This document shows, piece by piece, positions 44,026-55,679 of a stretch of 64,000 nt of DNA. Source of the stretch: Adineta vaga (taxonomy: Eukaryota > Animalia > Rotifera); contig CP075497.1 in assembly GCA_021613535.1 (NCBI GenBank), positions 9,820,585-9,884,584 of the forward strand, given 5' to 3'. Every line of letters begins with the position of its first letter. Positions within the stretch are counted from its first letter, which is position 1. The notes under the pieces were generated by a model. It ran no database searches. It was not told the DNA's origin and was given only the letters and a program-made list of their open reading frames with translations. A program made the translations under genes and the position numbers.

Positions 44026-46026
44026 AAAGATTATCAAAGGTCTCTCTCATTGTTTCAGTATGATTCGTCAAAAAAAGAAAATAGTCTTGTTAGTTAAAAG
44101 TATCTAAGAAAAATTAATGCGACAGTGGTTCATCGACACTTTAGGTAAACAAGGGTACAGCAAACCATGAAAAAATTGGTTCAACCCGCCTGTATAAAAG
44201 TTGAGCGTGAAGTGGGCCTATCCAATAAATCTTACTCAGTCCTATCCGAGCACAAGGCATGTTAAAATTCAGAAAGATTACTTTTCCACGACGTAGAAAC
44301 AATATTTCTGAAAGAAAAATTATATTGTTCGGTGTATTTATCAAACGAATGCGATGTGTTGCAAACTTTTTTGCACTAAATATCGATCATTATACAGAGC
44401 TCGATATCGTTGACTAAAGCACGTTTTGATAAAGCTAATATATACGAAATACAACATATTTCTGCATAAGCGATTTCTTATTCAGTTCATCCTCTTCTCG
44501 AATGCAGTACAGCCAAAAATACTCTAAGCACAAAAAATCGCTTTTCATCTCAAATTAAATGATACTGTTGTTTCTTTGTAAATATTTTAACTGTTATAGA
44601 TAATAAAATTTCGAGTTCTTTTGATTTTTTGAAATGGTGAATTTTTTGTTTGCATAAGTAGATTTTCGTTGGACCATACACGATCTTATTCCATTCCATT
44701 AAGTCAAAAAGAGATTATTGCAAGGAAATGATGTAAAGGTCATAGAAACATCCTGTTTTCATATAGTAGTATATTTCGTTGGTTAAAATCGTCATGAATC
44801 AAACTTAAACAGGGACCTGTAGTTCATAATATACTCTTTATAACATCAATAACGAGACTTTATTTTACAAAGTGTTTCGATCGAATTTATTTGCGTACTA
44901 ATTAGTATAAATAATATATTACAAAATAAAAGTTGTAGATGACAGATGTGAATACTAGTATATATCGTATCAGCTGAATCGATAGTCGTATCGGTTTCTT
45001 ATGAACAGCTATGTCCAATACTTCTGCCATTTATTCGATCATAGATTTCGAAAAAAAAATTGAAAAAATCATATAAACATTGAGCCGGGCAAACTATCCG
45101 AATAAGTAGTCTATTTTGAGCCCTGCAAAGAACAATTAAAACACAAAAAAGAACAGAAACAAATGCCTTATATATTTATGCAAGATAGAAGCGAACCGAA
45201 GAATCGATTTCCATAACAAGAAAGCAATTATCATCAAGCAGATTTTTGATAGTTAAAGATTATGAAGAAACCTTAGGCTAACTTCTGAAAAGACATTTGA
45301 AAACATTTTCGAAAAAAGTTTCCCTGGTTGATCGTAAACTTAATTTAATTAAGCTGAAATCGATAGTAACATAGAATTAGACTTCTACTTTATATCGAAT
45401 TTGAAAAGTATTCTGAGTGAGCAGTGATCTAGTTAGAGTAAGACAACTGGATATTGTCCCACCACTGATTTTAGCGTTGATACATCCTCTTGATGTCAAA
45501 ATTTTAGTCATACTTCTATATGTTAAGTATTCTTCTTTGAGCCATCATGACTAGAGAACTCAGAAGTTTTGCTGCCGAACGCGTCTCATAAAGTTACTTT
45601 CTTACCTTGATGACAAAGCTTTAAACGTAAAAACAGTTTTTTCCTATAGGTAATTATTTATCTGATAGAAACAATAACAAGAACAATCTGACGAAAGTAG
45701 CTTTGAATAAAAAAATGCTAAACTTAGAAGCACAATAAAGCCATTTTATGCGTCATATCGTTCGATAATCACTGTAAAAATATTTTATATTTTCTGAAAC
45801 AAGGAAAAGAACACTTTTCATTTTGGAAAATGATTTCACCAAGATGTGGCTAGAAAGTAATTCTTATCCTATCGAGTAATTACTTATTTAGTAACTGTGT
45901 TTATATAATCTATGCGGAGAAACAGAAGAAAGAACCTACTATCACTACTAAGAAATTTTTACTTTAATGAATGAATGGATGAAAAAGTCATTCTTTCCTC
46001 AATTTATTTTTTCTTCCTCGCTCTAG

Positions 46027-47017
46027 TGTAACTCATGAACAATGGACGTCAACAGCACTAACAGTGGCTGGAGGTCATGGATACGGACAGCAACTGAATC
46101 AATTTTCTTACTGCTATGGCATGTGTGTTGACAGTGATGGAGCTGTCCTTATCGCTGATTTAAAAAATCATCGTATCGTGGAATGGAAATTTGGTGCAAC
46201 CAGTGGCCAAATAATCGCAGGAGGGCATGGAGAAGGAAGTGAACCGGATCAATTGAATAAACCAACAGATGTCATTTTCGATCACGAAAGAAACAGTATT
46301 CTGATTTGTGACAGGGGAAACCGACGAGTTGTACGCTGGCCCCGCCAAAATGGAAAGAGATATGAAATGGTAATCGAAAATATCGATTGTGGGAATCTAG
46401 CAATGGATAATTATGGTTTTCTCTATGTCACGGACACGCAGAAAGATAAAATAAGGCGATATCAACTGGTAGGAAACAGTTTTCGCTCAGATTATAAAAC
46501 CGTAGCAGGTGGTAATGAAGAAGGTAAAGGTCTCAACCAATTCAATGGACCAGCTTGTTTGTTTGTTGATTGCAAACAAACGGTATACGTTTCAGACAAA
46601 GGAAATAATCGTGTGATGAAATGGGTGAAAGATGCGACGGAAGGAATTGTTGTGGCCGGTGGTGAAGGAAAGGGAAATGGGTTGAGGCAACTGAATAATC
46701 CTCTAGGATTGTTCGTCGATTTAAAAGATAATATCTATATTGTTGATAGTGGAAATCATCGGATTGTATGCTGGAGCAAAAATTCCGACGTTCGTGTAAT
46801 TCTAGGAGGAAATTATAGTAGAAATTTAGAGCACGGTTTGAATGGCCCTACAAGTTTGGCAGTTGATAGTTTTGGTAATCTTTATATCTATGAATCTGAA
46901 AATCATCGCGTTCAACGGTTCGCTGTCAAGAGTGTATCCAATCCACAAGCTAATATTGTACCGAGTAAGGAAAATGTGTGGTTTAAGAAATTTGGAGTTG
47001 ATAGAAGAGTAATATAA
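46027..47017 (+). CDS. NHL-repeat six-bladed beta-propeller protein (paralog 1). This is the main exon; a short 5' exon is inferred but not located.
   Basis: Six NHL repeats carry G..G.G..QLN.P.gl.vD and blade-terminal motifs HRIVEW, RRVVRW, IRRYQL, NRVMKW, HRIVCW and HRVQRF. The reading frame is open upstream to a strong acceptor (ttttttcttcctcgctctag at 46026) with no in-frame ATG, which implies an upstream exon. Confidence 0.75.
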
Positions 47018-48142
47018 AGCAAGTATTGAGACGTTAAGGAATTCTTTTCTGATTCAAAAAGGTCCGATACAATTAAAATTCTATTTTGAATAATTACAAA
47101 TCCATGTTTTAATGGGACGATACATTTTTCCACCTCCATATCTATGGCAAGTATTGCAGTATTAGACGTAGAGTTCTGTTCAACGGACATCATGGATCGC
47201 AGTAAAGCTGCCTCATTAAAACGCGCAATGATCCAACTTTTAAGTGTGTTGTATCGTTGATATAGTAAGCCTAAAATACACGCTCTCTTGAGTAAAAAAA
47301 TAAAAGCAATCCTACTATTACACATGAATTGTATATCTCATCATTGTCAAAAAATAATGTTTCTAACCATAAAACTTAGTAAAACTACCACTGTTGTAGG
47401 CATTATATAGCAATGCATTAAGTAAGTATATCGAGATTTAACAGTTAGTTCAAATACATATATACTCTATCATGGGAATAGAATATGTATCAATTATAAA
47501 CAGTTCATATTAGCAGTATGGCTAGTTTCCATTAGATCGAACTCGATCATATACGTGGTTCGTATTTGATTTTGAAATGAGTATCAATCGAAAATATCTT
47601 ATGAACAGATTTCATTCTTTTCTCCACTAGCCGCCAGTTTTCGTTGTAGAAAGCATCAATTGTAATCGTCGATACTCCAGAGAATAGAATGCTCTTGGTA
47701 AGATGCCACAGTAAAATTGTGTTGGAAATTGCCAAAAATGATGCATTTCTTATCATCTTTCCAGGCACGTTACTTCAGCTATTGTAAAACAGTCTGAAAA
47801 TAACTTTTACATGTAAGCTAAGTTCGAAAAAGTTAATAATATTAGTCATATTAGACTTGAATTAAATTAAATTAAATTATGAGTTACAATTTACGTTAAA
47901 GTACCTAAAATAATCAAATAGTGGTTTTGAGTTTTATATGAAACTCCATTGATTGTTTGTTTGTTTGCAGTTATAGATATTTTCTATTTAAATTCTTTCT
48001 GATCGTATCTACCAACCTAAACCATTATTCGTTAAAATGATATATGAGTAAACATTGAATGATTGTCAAACGCGAAAAAAATTGTTTCTATTCAGCAAAT
48101 AAACATTCATTCTCTATTCGATACGTATTCCTTCTTCTTTGC

Positions 48143-49067
48143 AGATCCAACGCCTAAAGTACCTTCTATTAAATGGAAATCACTTGGAGTCACAGTAGCT
48201 GGAGGACATGGTTCTGGTAGCCAATTGAACCAACTTAACCAATGTTATGGTCTCTTTGTCGACGACGATGGAAATATTCTGATCGCTGATAGTGGTAACC
48301 ATCGAATTGTGGAATGGAAACCTGGTGCAACGAATGGGCAAGTAATAGCTGGTGGAAAAGGAAAAGGAGCCAATATGAATCAGTTGAATTGTCCAACATC
48401 TATTGTTGTCGATAAAAACACAAATAGTCTCCTCATATGTGATTCACATAATCGTCGAATTGTTAGATGGCCACGCCGACAAGGTCAAGTAGGATGTACA
48501 GTTGTAGCTAATATCGATTGTTATGGATTAGCTATGGGCAAAGGAGGTTGTCTGTATGTCACAGACATTGAGAAGAACGAAGTTAGGTGTTATCAGTTGA
48601 AGCAGAACTATTCAGTCCTGACTGTAACTCGCGTGGCAGGTGGAAATGGAAAAGGGGACAATCTTAATCAACTGGATCGTCCTGATTACCTCTTTGTCGA
48701 TCAAGATGATACGATATTTATATCGGATACAGACAATCATCGTGTTATGAAATGGACGAAGGGTAAAAATCAAGGTGTTATTGTTGCTGGAGGTAAAGGC
48801 GCTGGGAATAATCTCGAGCAATTATGTCAACCTACTGGGTTGTTCGTTAATTCATTCGGTACGATATATGTTGCAGACTCTTCAAACCATCGTGTGACAC
48901 GATGGCATGGTAAACAATCAGACTTAATTGCTGACGGAACTATTGATGAAAACGGAAAAAATCACCCGTTCCATCCCGAGGGTTTGGCCGTTGATCGACA
49001 TGATAATTTGTATGTAGCTGATTGGAAAAATCATCGAGTTCTACGGTTCGCAGTTAGATCAGAATAA
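48143..49067 (+). CDS. NHL-repeat six-bladed beta-propeller protein (paralog 2). Main exon; a 5' exon is inferred.
   Basis: This copy is roughly 50% identical to the upstream paralog. It reads AGGHGSGSQLNQLNQCYGLFVDDDGNILIADSGNHRIVEWKPG..., with HRIVEW, RRIVRW, VRCYQL, HRVMKW, HRVTRW and HRVLRF. The acceptor is ttccttcttctttgcag at 48142. Confidence 0.75.
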
Positions 49068-50843
49068 GTTTTTGTGTTATTAAAAACTTGGAAAAAACTT
49101 AAATGTCTTGCATCCATAATTCTGAAGCATTTGACCGTAAACGCCGTTAGCTCAATTTTCTAGCGATTGCAGCAACATTTTTAAATCATTAATAAAAAGA
49201 TGTTTTTCGTCCTGAGTTTTCTAAAAATGAATTCGAGAGGACTGCGAATGTAATAACTAGCTGATATTCACTTTCACACGCTCTATCATCCATTTGAATA
49301 AAAACTCGATCAAAAATCTTATGAATAAAGATTCCAAAATAACATCTAATGATAGTATTCGTTGTGGCACATATTCAAGCATTTGATTTTTATCTGTATG
49401 CCCGTGTTTCAACAATCGTTTGATGGCTGTAAATAAAATGATAATAGATGGGATACGCGCACCTTTCACATCTATGACATATTCGATATTTACAAAACAT
49501 CACGTTTCTTTAGATTTCATTTAAAGCCAAAACGATTTTGCATTAAATCTTGCTCAACAATAATTAAATAGCATATCTATTAAATTGATGCACTTACTTA
49601 ATGTTAATTTGATTATCAATCTTGGATATTTTTATGAGAAATCTCTGCAAAAAATAAAATGCTTATAGAATCAAAAGTAATCACACGGATTTTAATTAAT
49701 TATTTCATACGAAATTAATTAATTTTTTTGTAATTCTATAACTGTTGTAGATAAAGACAGTGAGAATAGAAAAGCATGAAACTAGACCGTTACCTAGTTA
49801 ATTTCCTTTTCAGAATTATATTATTTTGTGAAATGTTTAAAAGAGGAAAACAAAAAACATTCATCTTAGAAAAAGCTGAAGCGATAATTCGAGATGACGA
49901 AGATAATGAATTATGTATATAAATGTTATTAATTTTAAACACAAAATAGTGACATATATGGTTGTCGAAACTACTACAGTATACATAATATAATTGATCA
50001 GTTCTATTCGACTCTCATTTTCTTTTTCTTCCTATGTATATATTCTTATTTTCATCTTCTCATTCGAATCAAGATTACTAAAATAAGCACGAAGCTTTCT
50101 TTGTCTTTCCCTCTCTTTGACAACTACACAACTTTCTTCTTCCTTTTTATAACTTATCTATTCACACGAGAGAGAAGTCTTAACACATCAACTTATTTTA
50201 TTAACTAAACAACATTTGTTGATTTCGTGTAAGTGTTAAATAAATAGGAAATTCCAACTGATAAATTACTTCGATAATAGATTGAAAATTATCACTAATT
50301 ATAGTTTTGATTTTTGATTCAATACGATATAAAATGCTTGAAAGAAAAAGTTTTTAATTATTTAAGAAATGTTCCTGTTTTGGGTTTTCTATATGGTACA
50401 ACTCGTGGTGTTGTTTATGGATTCACAGGCGATATAGATCAAATGAAAAATTCATGGGAAATGGATCCGACTGACTTAAATTCATTACGACTCTTTCGGA
50501 AAGTAATGAGCGCTGCAATCGACACTGATTATGATATAAATGAAGGTATTTGGATCGGTAAACGAGCACTAGATAATCAACTATGTGCTTTGATGTTTTG
50601 GCTGGGTGTGGGTGTATGGGCGTGAAGGTGATGAAAACAAGATCAACACTATAATCATACACACATACCCACCGTCACACTTTAACTTTGCCTGCTAAAA
50701 AAAATTTTGTGCATGAAAATGTTCGTGTTCTATAGGAGGTATTTTAAAGATTCCCACTCTCATCTCGACTCATACAATTGATTAGTAATTGTCAATAAAA
50801 CAAAAATATTTAATTAAAAGTGCAATTTTATAACTTAATAAAA

Positions 50844-53800
50844 TTATTTTTTAATTAATAATCTATTCTTTCGAGATAGTAATTGAACATGAACATTGGA
50901 TTGTGGTTTAGTTGAATTAGTCGTTGTTAAGCGAAGATTAGAATGATCTATTATCTTTGATCGATTTGTATATGGTACACGTTCAACAAAAACTGGATCT
51001 GTGGAGGATTTCAGTGATGGTTGTGATGAAATTTGAGTCAAGTCTAAACTATCTAACGTAATTGTATTGTTAATAATCGATTCTTGAGGTTCGTCAGTTA
51101 TAGATGACTCATTTGAACGTATGAATGAAAATGGTATATGAGTCACTTGAACAGGATTCAGCCGCATATCATTAGGAGATTGTATTGATTGACCTACTTC
51201 GAGAATACTGAGTGAAGTAGATCTTTGTGATTTAGTATCATCTTTAAATATTAATGCTTTCTTTCTTGGATAAATTCGAGTCACTCGAACTTTACTTTTC
51301 CATTCGGCACTACTTTGTCTCACAAATGAACTATCAATTGATTTTTTGTCTTTAACAATTTCATCATCATTTAACATTGATGTCGATCGTATTCGTAGAT
51401 TTGGTAACGAATGTTTTTGATTCATTCTCTTAACCTTTGAAATAAAAACGTGCGGTGGTAATATCGTTTGAGAATGATCACTCAATTTCGGTCCACTATT
51501 GTCACATTCGACATAGATCATACTTAACGATTGATTATTATCAATTGATATATTTGGTGATAATTCATCAACTAAATATATTGAACTGACATTTTCATTT
51601 GACAAAATTAAAGAATAAAGACTTACGATGATATGTTGACTCGTTGGAATAAATACAATGAGGATTGACACAATGATCGATATAAAAATATTCGAATGGT
51701 CCGTCACTCGCATATATCGAAGCAGTTCGACACCATTTACTAAAATAGAATTTCAATAATAAAAAACATCTTTTTCTAATACATTAATTCAAAATTAGAT
51801 ATGACTGACCAACAACAACGCCAGCAAATACAACAAAATATTAAAAGAATAGCAAGCACAATGAAACCAATGATAATTCCAATAATTGGCCATGGAGTAG
51901 ACGTAGCTAATTATTTAAAGAGAAAAATTGATGAAAAAAACAACGAATTTTAACAAACGTTTTTGTGTCGTTGTTGCTGTAGTTCTATTTCAAAAGAAAA
52001 TCGAATTAATTAAAATGAAAAACATTTCAAAATGAAAAAAAAATAAAACTTACGAAGTTGTTGATGTTGATCTGTAAACATAGTTTTGAAATTAAAATAA
52101 ATATTGATTTATTGATTTTTTTTTTAAATTTTATTCTACAAAAGAAATACTAACGTTGTCGTCGTTGATGTTGTTGAAGTAGTGGATGTTGTTGATCTAT
52201 ACATAATATATCATAGAAATTGAGGAAATGATAAAATTTTCTCACTAACGTTGTCGACGATGTTGACGTTGTTGATGTCCTTATAAAACAAAAAAAGAAC
52301 ATATTGGTTTTAAGATTCTTTACTTTAAAATGATGATGAAATAGCAGTGTTTGAGAAAGATCATTATGACTATGAATAATTGAAAACAATGTTGTTTCAT
52401 ATCTTTCATCTGTACTGTACTGTAGAACAAAATTTCAGACAGATGAAGTAGCGCGTATATTTCTTTTCTTATACCTTATTTGAGTCCCACTAGTCATCCT
52501 TTTATAAAATGAGGTAAATAAATATAACTCACGTTGTTGTTGTTGGAATACAAGGTTCACCTGGACAAGAACATATTGAATTTTGTGATACAAAAAATGT
52601 AAAGCAATATTGTGCTGATTGAGCATTTTGACTAAAACAAAAGGTATTCGTCCGTCATCTACTTCTTCCAGTATTTTAAATATAATGAAACCTGTCTATA
52701 GCCATTGAACACATAACTTGATAGCCAAGTTGTAATACTGTTGGTGTCCATGAAAGTGTTTTGTAATATGTGGTTGCATTAAATTGAATAAGACTTCCTT
52801 GAACCATGCCAGGAAATGACAATGTAGCAATATCAAGAATAGTTACAGGTGAACTACAATGATTGACTGCAATCAATAATGATGTAAATGTTTGTCCAAT
52901 TATGACAACTGTACATGATTGTTCAAGTGGAATTCCAACAATTTCAGGTGGAGTTGAACATGATGGAGGTGCAACAACATTCACGAGAAACTGAACTGGA
53001 ACACTACTTAATGATGTCGTGCTTGTTGAATTAATAAAATCTTCGACCTATAGGGAAAAAGAAATATAACGTTATAGTTAAAAATAAGAAAAACAATATG
53101 AACCATTAGTGTAACAGCAAACCAATCACCAATCACTAGACCAGTAATAATAATGGTACAATTAGGAAAAATCATAGTGCCTGATGGTAATGAACCGGGT
53201 GGACATACACCACCACATTCATCCACGCCATTGGATGATGTTGACCATCGACAACGCATTGGATCTCCATCTGCATCAGCTATAGGGACGTGAATTATCG
53301 TTGGAACATTCCGAGGAAGATATATTGGTGACATCATTGTAGCTACAGGAGCATTATTATACAATCCATTATCTGATCGACGTTCTATAATGAAATGTGT
53401 TGAAATAGACCAATCAGCACTTGCAGATGTTGTTAATGGACGCCATGCAGTCTGTTGAAAAGCAGCTGAAAAGTCATCACCTTCTTGTAAATAAACAATA
53501 TCTGAACGTTGTCCTACAACTGTACCGATTGGTGCTGAAATATCGGTACATCGAGGACGGATACTTGGAGGAACATATCCCGCAGAACCAACACCACAAT
53601 TTCTTATACAAATGAGTGTTTGTGGTATTAGATTAGTATAAGCTCCAACTGGAATTAAATTAAGTGCTAAGATATCTGCATTTGTACATGGGATACGAGA
53701 TTGTGTCCATGAATACGTTTGAGTAATTACAATGGCTACAGGTGATCCCGTTGCTGATTCATTTAGCGGACGCCAAGTTATTGTACCACCAAGAAAATGT

Positions 53801-53857
53801 AGTCCATGAACTAAGATTTTCAAGTTACAAATCAAGAGAAAAACACCTGACAACTTC
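50844..53857 (-). CDS. Type-I membrane glycoprotein. Signal peptide, Cys-containing extracellular domain with a thrice-repeated W(R/T)P(L/T) motif, S/T-rich mucin-like stalk built from tandem mini-exons, TM segment, long Ser-rich cytoplasmic tail.
   Basis: A signal peptide MKLSGVFLLICNLKILVHG leads into GTITWRPLNESATGSPVAIV..., ...AAFQQTAWRPLTTS... and ...DADGDPMRCRWSTSSNGVDECGGVCPPGS.... A second exon (52676..52984) contains ...YYKTLSWTPTVLQLGYQVMC. Mini-exons around 51950-52300 encode runs of S/T. The TM segment PWPIIGIIIGFIVLAILLIFCCICWRCCW is near 51810-51900. The final exon 50844..51713 encodes a 289-aa S/N-rich tail. The family is unknown. Confidence 0.5.
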
Positions 53858-54235
53858 ATATTCAAAAAACGCATAAAATAGCAGAAATATAATCAGCTTT
53901 TCTTGACATTTTCTTTTCGATTGAATTCGAGTATTTATTACTCTTCGCGTAGACATCGAATATAGAAATTGAAAATTCATGCTCATCATTATACGAAAAT
54001 GGAAACCAGTAAAATAATCAAATGTAAATTGATAATACCCATGTTCTTTCTCTTTTACGCATATGACTGTCTGTCTTTCATATTCTACATTTTTCTAACA
54101 CTATTATAGCATAAAGAAACCTTGAAAATGAGTTTGACAAAAATTTCGTAAATAGAATACATACACGTACCCTTCAATATAGTGTCAGCATTACATGATG
54201 TGTCAAAAATAATCATTCCCGGGTCAAACTAACCC

Positions 54236-54390
54236 ATCGAATCCGACAAGAATTCATCGGAGGTCATCGGAATCCGACAGGAAGTCGTCGGATGTCGGAA
54301 AGTATCGTAATCTACTGAGATTCTGTCGGACCCTTGAAAATCCGATACTTTCCGACACGGTCCTGCGGAATCCGACCGTCGGATTACTCG
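54236..54390. repeat. Cluster of short direct and inverted TCCGAC/GTCGGA motifs, subterminal-repeat-like.
   Basis: ggaatccgaca(a/g)g occurs 3 times, with inverted tgtcggaaag, tgtcggaccc, tttccgacacgg and cgtcggat (twice) within 155 bp. The region is GC-rich relative to its surroundings. Confidence 0.55.
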
Positions 54391-54750
54391 TTCTGGGTTT
54401 ATGAGCGTTGTTAACTCTAGTAAAGTGATTCGATCTTGAACGAGATATGCTGTGGTATCTTGTATGGTTCTTATTGTGAATAAGTAATCGATGAATAAGA
54501 AACACTTAAATAATCAACGACGTGGCATGAAACAAGGAGCTATTGTGCCTGAATGTTTTTTTCTCTGTTTGTATAGTGAAGCAAATGCTAAATAAACACT
54601 ACAGTGAAATCTCTCTGTGTGAGTACCTCTCGAACAAGGGCACCTCGTTTAAACAGGCACTTGGTCGACCGTCCGATTGATTTTCTATGAGAGCGAATCG
54701 ATAATTGAATTAGGTAAGAAAAGTTAGCACCATATTCGAGTATTTTTTGT

Positions 54751-55080
54751 CAGGATTCGCTTGTAAACTTGTGTTGGTCTTCAAAAAGGTTGTGTTGGAT
54801 GCAGAATTGAATTCTCTATCAAATGATGCCAATTTAAATAGGGCTCACCGTCCAAAAACTGAAGTTTTCGACGAAAAACTGGCGTTTTCACCCATTTTTT
54901 GAACTTAAAACTTTTGTATTTCTTGCCCGGATTCGCTTGAGAACTTGTGCTGTGTCTAAGAATGGACGTGTTGGATTTAGAATATAATTCTCTATCAAAT
55001 TATGTAGTTTTTGACGAGGGTCACCGAGAGAAAAAAATCGTCACACCCACACCCTTTTTCCCAATTCTGTACACTTTGTG
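54751..55080. repeat. Tandem duplication of a 175-bp unit, two copies at about 85% identity.
   Basis: caggattcgcttgtaaacttgtgttggtcttcaaaaaggttgtgttggatgcagaattgaattctctatcaaatgatgcc matches cccggattcgcttgagaacttgtgctgtgtctaagaatggacgtgttggatttagaatataattctctatcaaattatgtag. The second halves gggctcaccgtcc...ttttcgacgaaaaa and gggtcaccgagag...tttttgacgaggg also match. Confidence 0.6.
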
Positions 55081-55083
55081 ACT

Positions 55084-55227
55084 AGTGGCGTATCCAGAGG
55101 GGGGCTAGGGGGGGCTCAGCCCCCCCTACCAAGTTTCGAAACTACTGCAAATTTATATGTTTGCCCCCCCTAGAGGGGGCAAAAAATAGGCTGAGCCCCC
55201 CTAACAATTTTTTCTGGCGACGCCACT
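55084..55227. mobile_element. A 144-bp GC-rich foldback/palindromic element, MITE-like.
   Basis: The arms agtggcgtatccagaggggggctagggggggctcagccccccc and gccccccctagagggggcaaaaaataggctgagcccccctaa...tctggcgacgccact are near-perfect reverse complements. They share near-palindromic G6CTCAGC7 cores and sit in a genome with about 30% GC. Confidence 0.5.
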
Positions 55228-55679
55228 ATTTGTGACCTTCGATACATTGTAAAATTATTCGTCTAGTCATACTGTCATATATCGTATGATGGTGAAATCA
55301 ATATCACAAGAATATCACGATAAAGAAGTATTTAAATGAATAGATTTTTCTTTTTTTTAATTACAAGTGCTTATATAATACATAATAGAAAGAACAGAAA
55401 AAAAAAGTCTCCTGATGCATCCAATCGATCTACAACAAAATACAGGAAAAGAAAGAAAAAGATATGAAGAACAAAGAAAAACTGTACAGATACACATAGA
55501 TCATTTTCGTGTTTGTTAAAAATCTCTTTTATGTTCATTTCATTTTTCAAAATAATATGAACATAACATGATTTTTGACGAACAAAGGCTTGCTAATACG
55601 TGTATGTATTGAGAAACAATATTAAAAAGAGATAAACAAATCGACAATATTCTGCCTATATATGAATCCATCTTCTATT

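Noticed and set aside
50314-50625. 103-codon ORF (non-ATG start) ending LGFLYGTTRGVVYGFTGDI…LCALMFWLGVGVWA, superficially like a small glycine-zipper membrane protein.
   Set aside because: There is no in-frame ATG until codon 44, no recognisable family, no splice context, and it is isolated in AT-rich intergenic DNA. The evidence is insufficient to call a gene.
54254-54505. 83-aa minus-strand ORF through the TCCGAC repeat cluster.
   Set aside because: Its translation is repetitive (…SDSDDLR, SRSRS) because it reads through the short inverted repeats. It is better explained as repeat DNA.
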